From Somniosus microcephalus (taxonomy: Eukaryota): DNA of 64,000 nt. The DNA is taken from positions 23,684,001-23,748,000 of the forward strand of contig CM126216.1 in NCBI GenBank assembly GCA_052327205.1. The letters run 5' to 3'. The notes under the pieces were generated by a model. The model did not search any database. It was not told where the DNA came from and saw nothing but the letters and a program-made list of their open reading frames with translations. Below are positions 60,085 to 64,000 of this stretch, piece by piece (position 1 is the first letter of the stretch; each line of letters opens with the position of its first letter). Both the position numbers and the translations under genes were made by a program.

Positions 60085-61124
60085 GTCTTCAGGTGCTATT
60101 TGGGTCCAGCAGCAGTGTTCAGGCCTAGCTGGAGGGCTCCACTATCCAGGGCGTGGCAGCAGACACAGTCGACCCTTCCCCCTTAAGAGCTGGCCGGCGC
60201 CAGGGTGTCTGCTGTCAATCACGAGATGGCCGCACCTGCGCTGCGCCCGGCCTCGGCGCTATCGATCACCACCTCCGGCTTAGCGCCCAAAGAGAGGCGT
60301 CCAGCAGCAGTTTTAGCGCTCGCCCGAACTCCTAGGGCGAAGCTAATGAATATCGGAGAAGTGGCATCGATTTGGCGGCGGCCGCAAACTTTAGCGGACG
60401 CCCCACTTTAGCGCCCCAAAAGTGGCGTCAATTAATCTCTAGGCCTATATGTTTATAAAATGTTTTAGGGTTCAATTTAATGTTGCCTGCTAATCTTTTC
60501 TCGTAATCTCTCTTTACCTCCCATATTAACTTTTTCAATTCCCTGCTGTACTTTCTATAATCTTCCTGGTTATTAACTGAATCTTGCTCCTGACATTTGT
60601 CATAAGCTTCCTTTTTATGTTTTATTTTAACTTTTATTTCCTTTGTCATCCAGGGCACATTAGCTTTGTATGCTCTACCTTTTCCCTTCAAAGGACTATG
60701 CCTAGTTTGTGCCCGAACTGTCTCTTCCCTGAAAGCCCTCTATTGCTCAGTTACTGCTTTACCCTGAAATTGCCTTTTCCAGTCTACCTGTGCCAGGTCC
60801 CTTCTTAAATCACTGAAATTAGCTCTTCCCCAGTTGAGCATTTTTACCGTCAATATTTTCTGTCCTCTTTCCGTAATTACTTTAAATCAAATTATGTTCT
60901 GGTCACTGATAGCTAGATGATCTCCTACTGTAACACATTCCACTTCCCCTACTTCATTTCCCGGAACCAGATCCAAAGCTTCCTTCCTTGTTGGACTGGA
61001 GACACATTGAGCAAGAAAGTTCTCCTGTGCCCAAACCAGAAATTCTTGTCCTTCCCTATGCTTAGCACTATGATTTTCCCAGTCTATATTCCAAAGGAAT
61101 ACTTAACGTTGGCACGAGAGCTAA

Positions 61125-64000
61125 GGGAGTATTAGTGTTGACAGTGGAGACACGGGAGTGATTAATGTTGACGTGGGAGTGATTAATGTTGATGCTGGGA
61201 CCACAGGAGTTCTCAGTGTTGATACTGGGGCCACAGGAGTGATTAGTGTTGACACTGGAGCCACAGGAGTGATTAATGTTGATACTGGGGCCACGGGAGT
61301 GAGTAATGTTGACACTGGGGCCACAGGAGTGATTAATGTTGACACTGGGGCCACAGGAGTGATTAATGTTGACACTGGGGCCACGGGAGTCAGTAATGTT
61401 GACACTGGGGCCACAGGAGTGATTAATGTTGACACTGGGGCCACAGGAGTGATTAATGTTGACACTGGGGCCACGGGAGTGATTAATGTTGACACTGGGG
61501 CGACGGGAGTGATTAATGTTGACACTAAGGCCACGGGAGTGATTAATGTTGACACTGGGGCCACGGGAGTGATTAATGTTGACACTGGGGCCACGGGAGT
61601 GATTAATGTTGACACTGGGGCCACGGGACTGATTAATGTTGACACTGGGGCCACGGGAGTGATTAATGTTGACACTGGGGCCACGGGAGTGATTAATGTT
61701 GACACTGGGGCCACGGGAGTGATTAATGTTGACACTGGGGCCACGGGAGTGATTAATGTTGACACTGAGGCCACGGGAATGATTAATGTTGACACTGGGG
61801 CCACTGGAGTGATTAATGTCGACACTGGGGCCACGGGAGTGATTAATGTTGACACTGGGGCGACGGGAGTGATTAATGTTGACACTGAGGCCACGGGAGT
61901 GATTAATGTTGACACTGGGGCCACGGGAGTGATTAATGTTGACACTGGGGCCACGGGAGTGATTAGTGTTGACACTGGGGCCACGGGAGTGAATAATGTT
62001 GACACTGGGGCCACTGGAGTGAATAATGTCGACACTGGGGCCACGGGCGTGATTAATGTTGACACTGGGACCACGGAAGTGATTAATGTTGACACTGGGG
62101 CCACGAGAGTGATTAATGTCGACACTGGGGCCACTGGAGTGATTAATGTTGACACTGGGGCCACGGGAGTGAATAATGTCGACACTGGGGCCACGGGAGT
62201 GAATAATGTTGACACTGGGGCCACGGGAGTTATTAATGTTGACACTGAGGCCACGGGAGTGATTAGTGTTGACACTGGGGCCACGGGAGTGATTAATGTC
62301 GACACTGGGGCCACGGGAGTTATTAATGTTGACACTGAGGCCACGGGAGTGATTAGTGTTGACACTGGGGCCACGGGAGTGATTAATGTTGACACTGGGG
62401 CCACGGGAGTGAATAATGTTGACACTGGGGCCACGGGAGTTATTAATGTCGACACTGGGGCCACAGGAGTGATTAATGTTGACACTGGGGCCACAGGAGT
62501 GATTAATGTTGACACTGGGGCCACGGGAGTGAATAATGTCGACACTGGGGCCACGGGCGTGGATAATGTTGACACTGGGGCCACAGGAGTGATTAGTGTT
62601 GACACTGGGGCCACGGAAGTGATTAGTGTTGACACTGGGGCCACGGGAGTGATTAATGTCGACACTGGGGCCACGGGAGTGATTAGTGTTGACACTGGGG
62701 CCACGGAAGTGATTAGTGTTGACACTGGGGCCACGGGAGTGAATAATGTTGACACTGGGGCCACGGGAGTGATTAATGTCGACACTGGGGCCACGGGAGT
62801 GATTAATGTCGACACTGGGGCCACGGGAGTGATTAGTGTTGACACTGGGGCCACGGGAGTGAATAATGTTGACACTGGGGCCAAGGGAGTGATTAATGTC
62901 GACACTGGGGCCACGGGAGTGATTAATGTTGACACTGGGGCCACGGGAGTGATTAATGTCGACACTGGGGCCACGGGAGTGATTAATGTCGACACTGGGG
63001 CCACGGGAGTGATTAATGTCGACACTGGGGCCACGGGAGTGATTAGTGTTGGCACTGGGGCCACGGGAGTGATTAATGTCGACACTGGGGCAACGGGAAT
63101 GATTAATGTTGACACTGGGGCGACGGGAGTGATTAATGTTGACACTGGGGCCACGGGAGTGAATAATGTTGACACTGGGGCCACGGGAGTGATTAATGTT
63201 GACACTGGGGCCACGGGCGTGATTAGTGTTGACACTGGGGCCACGAGAGTGATTAACGTTGACACTGGGGCCACGGGAGTTATTAATGTCGACTCTGGGG
63301 CCACTGGAGTGATTAGTATTGACACTGGGGCCACGGGAGTGAATAATGTTGACACTGGGGCCACGGGAGTGATTAATGTCGACACTGGGGCCATGGGAGT
63401 GATTAGTGTTGACACTGGGGCCACGGGAGTGATTAGTGTTGACACTGGGGCCACGGGAGTGATTAATGTCGACACTGGGGCCACAGGAGTGATTAATGTC
63501 GACACTGGGGCCACGGGAGTGATTAGTGTTGACACTGGGGCCACGGGAGTGATTAATGTCGACACTGGGGCCACGGGAGTTATTAATGTTGACACTGAGG
63601 CCACGGGAGTGATTAGTGTTGACACTGGGGCCACGGGAGTGATTAATGTTGACACTGGGGCCACGGGAGTGAATAATGTTGACACTGGGGCCACGGGAGT
63701 TATTAATGTCGACACTGGGGCCACAGGAGTGATTAATGTTGACACTGGGGCCACAGGAGTGATTAATGTTGACACTGGGGCCACGGGAGTGAATAATGTC
63801 GACACTGGGGCCACGGGCGTGGATAATGTTGACACTGGGGCCACGGGAGTGATTAGTGTTGACACTGGGGCCACGGAAGTGATTAGTGTTGACACTGGGG
63901 CCACGGGAGTGATTAATGTCGACACTGGGGCCACGGGAGTGATTAGTGTTGACACTGGGGCCACGGAAGTGATTAGTGTTGACACTGGGGCCACGGGAGT
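61125..64000. repeat. 30-bp minisatellite, about 95 copies, running off the window end
   Basis: Unit ccacgggagtgattaatgttgacactgggg. Confidence 0.97.

Larger units (their letters stand above)
56014..60445. mobile_element. PIF/Harbinger element H3 (4432 bp, nearly intact)
   Basis: TIRs ggcctagaaatt / aatctctaggcc (11/12), TSD TAT/TAT, two convergent genes, no nested insertion. Confidence 0.94.
39715..61115 (-). mobile_element. One old CR1 broken into five pieces (39715-40223, 44899-44906, 45597-45831, 55162-56013, 60446-61115)
   Basis: Frames rejoin across TSDs: FYKHI|KCKQFARENV at H3, GSSII|KFVDDTKLG at H2, and DEQRDL|..|HIHKSL at MITE/G2 (1 nt short there). Confidence 0.85.

Noticed and set aside
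32916-64000. PAMR1 EGF and CUB exons
   Set aside because: None found; this span is almost fully explained by transposons and repeats, so upstream exons probably lie beyond the window.

Overview
Vertebrate genomic DNA, most likely a cartilaginous fish (inferred from the CR1, SacSINE1-like and 67-bp repeat families). The window holds the 3' half of a PAMR1 (RAMP) orthologue on the minus strand: Sushi-1, linker, Sushi-2 and an inactive trypsin-like domain. The 213-nt phase-1/1 Sushi-1 exon is present three times, all with open frames, and the most upstream copy has lost its canonical acceptor. The introns are packed with nested transposons. These include three two-gene PIF/Harbinger elements (HARBI1-like DDE transposase plus a convergent 3-exon Myb/SANT-like gene; one element nearly intact), a fourth Myb remnant, at least six Harbinger-type MITEs, two Ty3/Gypsy elements (one lacking RT/RNaseH) and a solo LTR. 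There are also many CR1 fragments, one full-length CR1 with a 74-bp 5' monomer array, DeuSINE-like SINEs and several minisatellites, ending in a 30-bp array of about 2.9 kb. All calls come from manual reading; no database searches were run.
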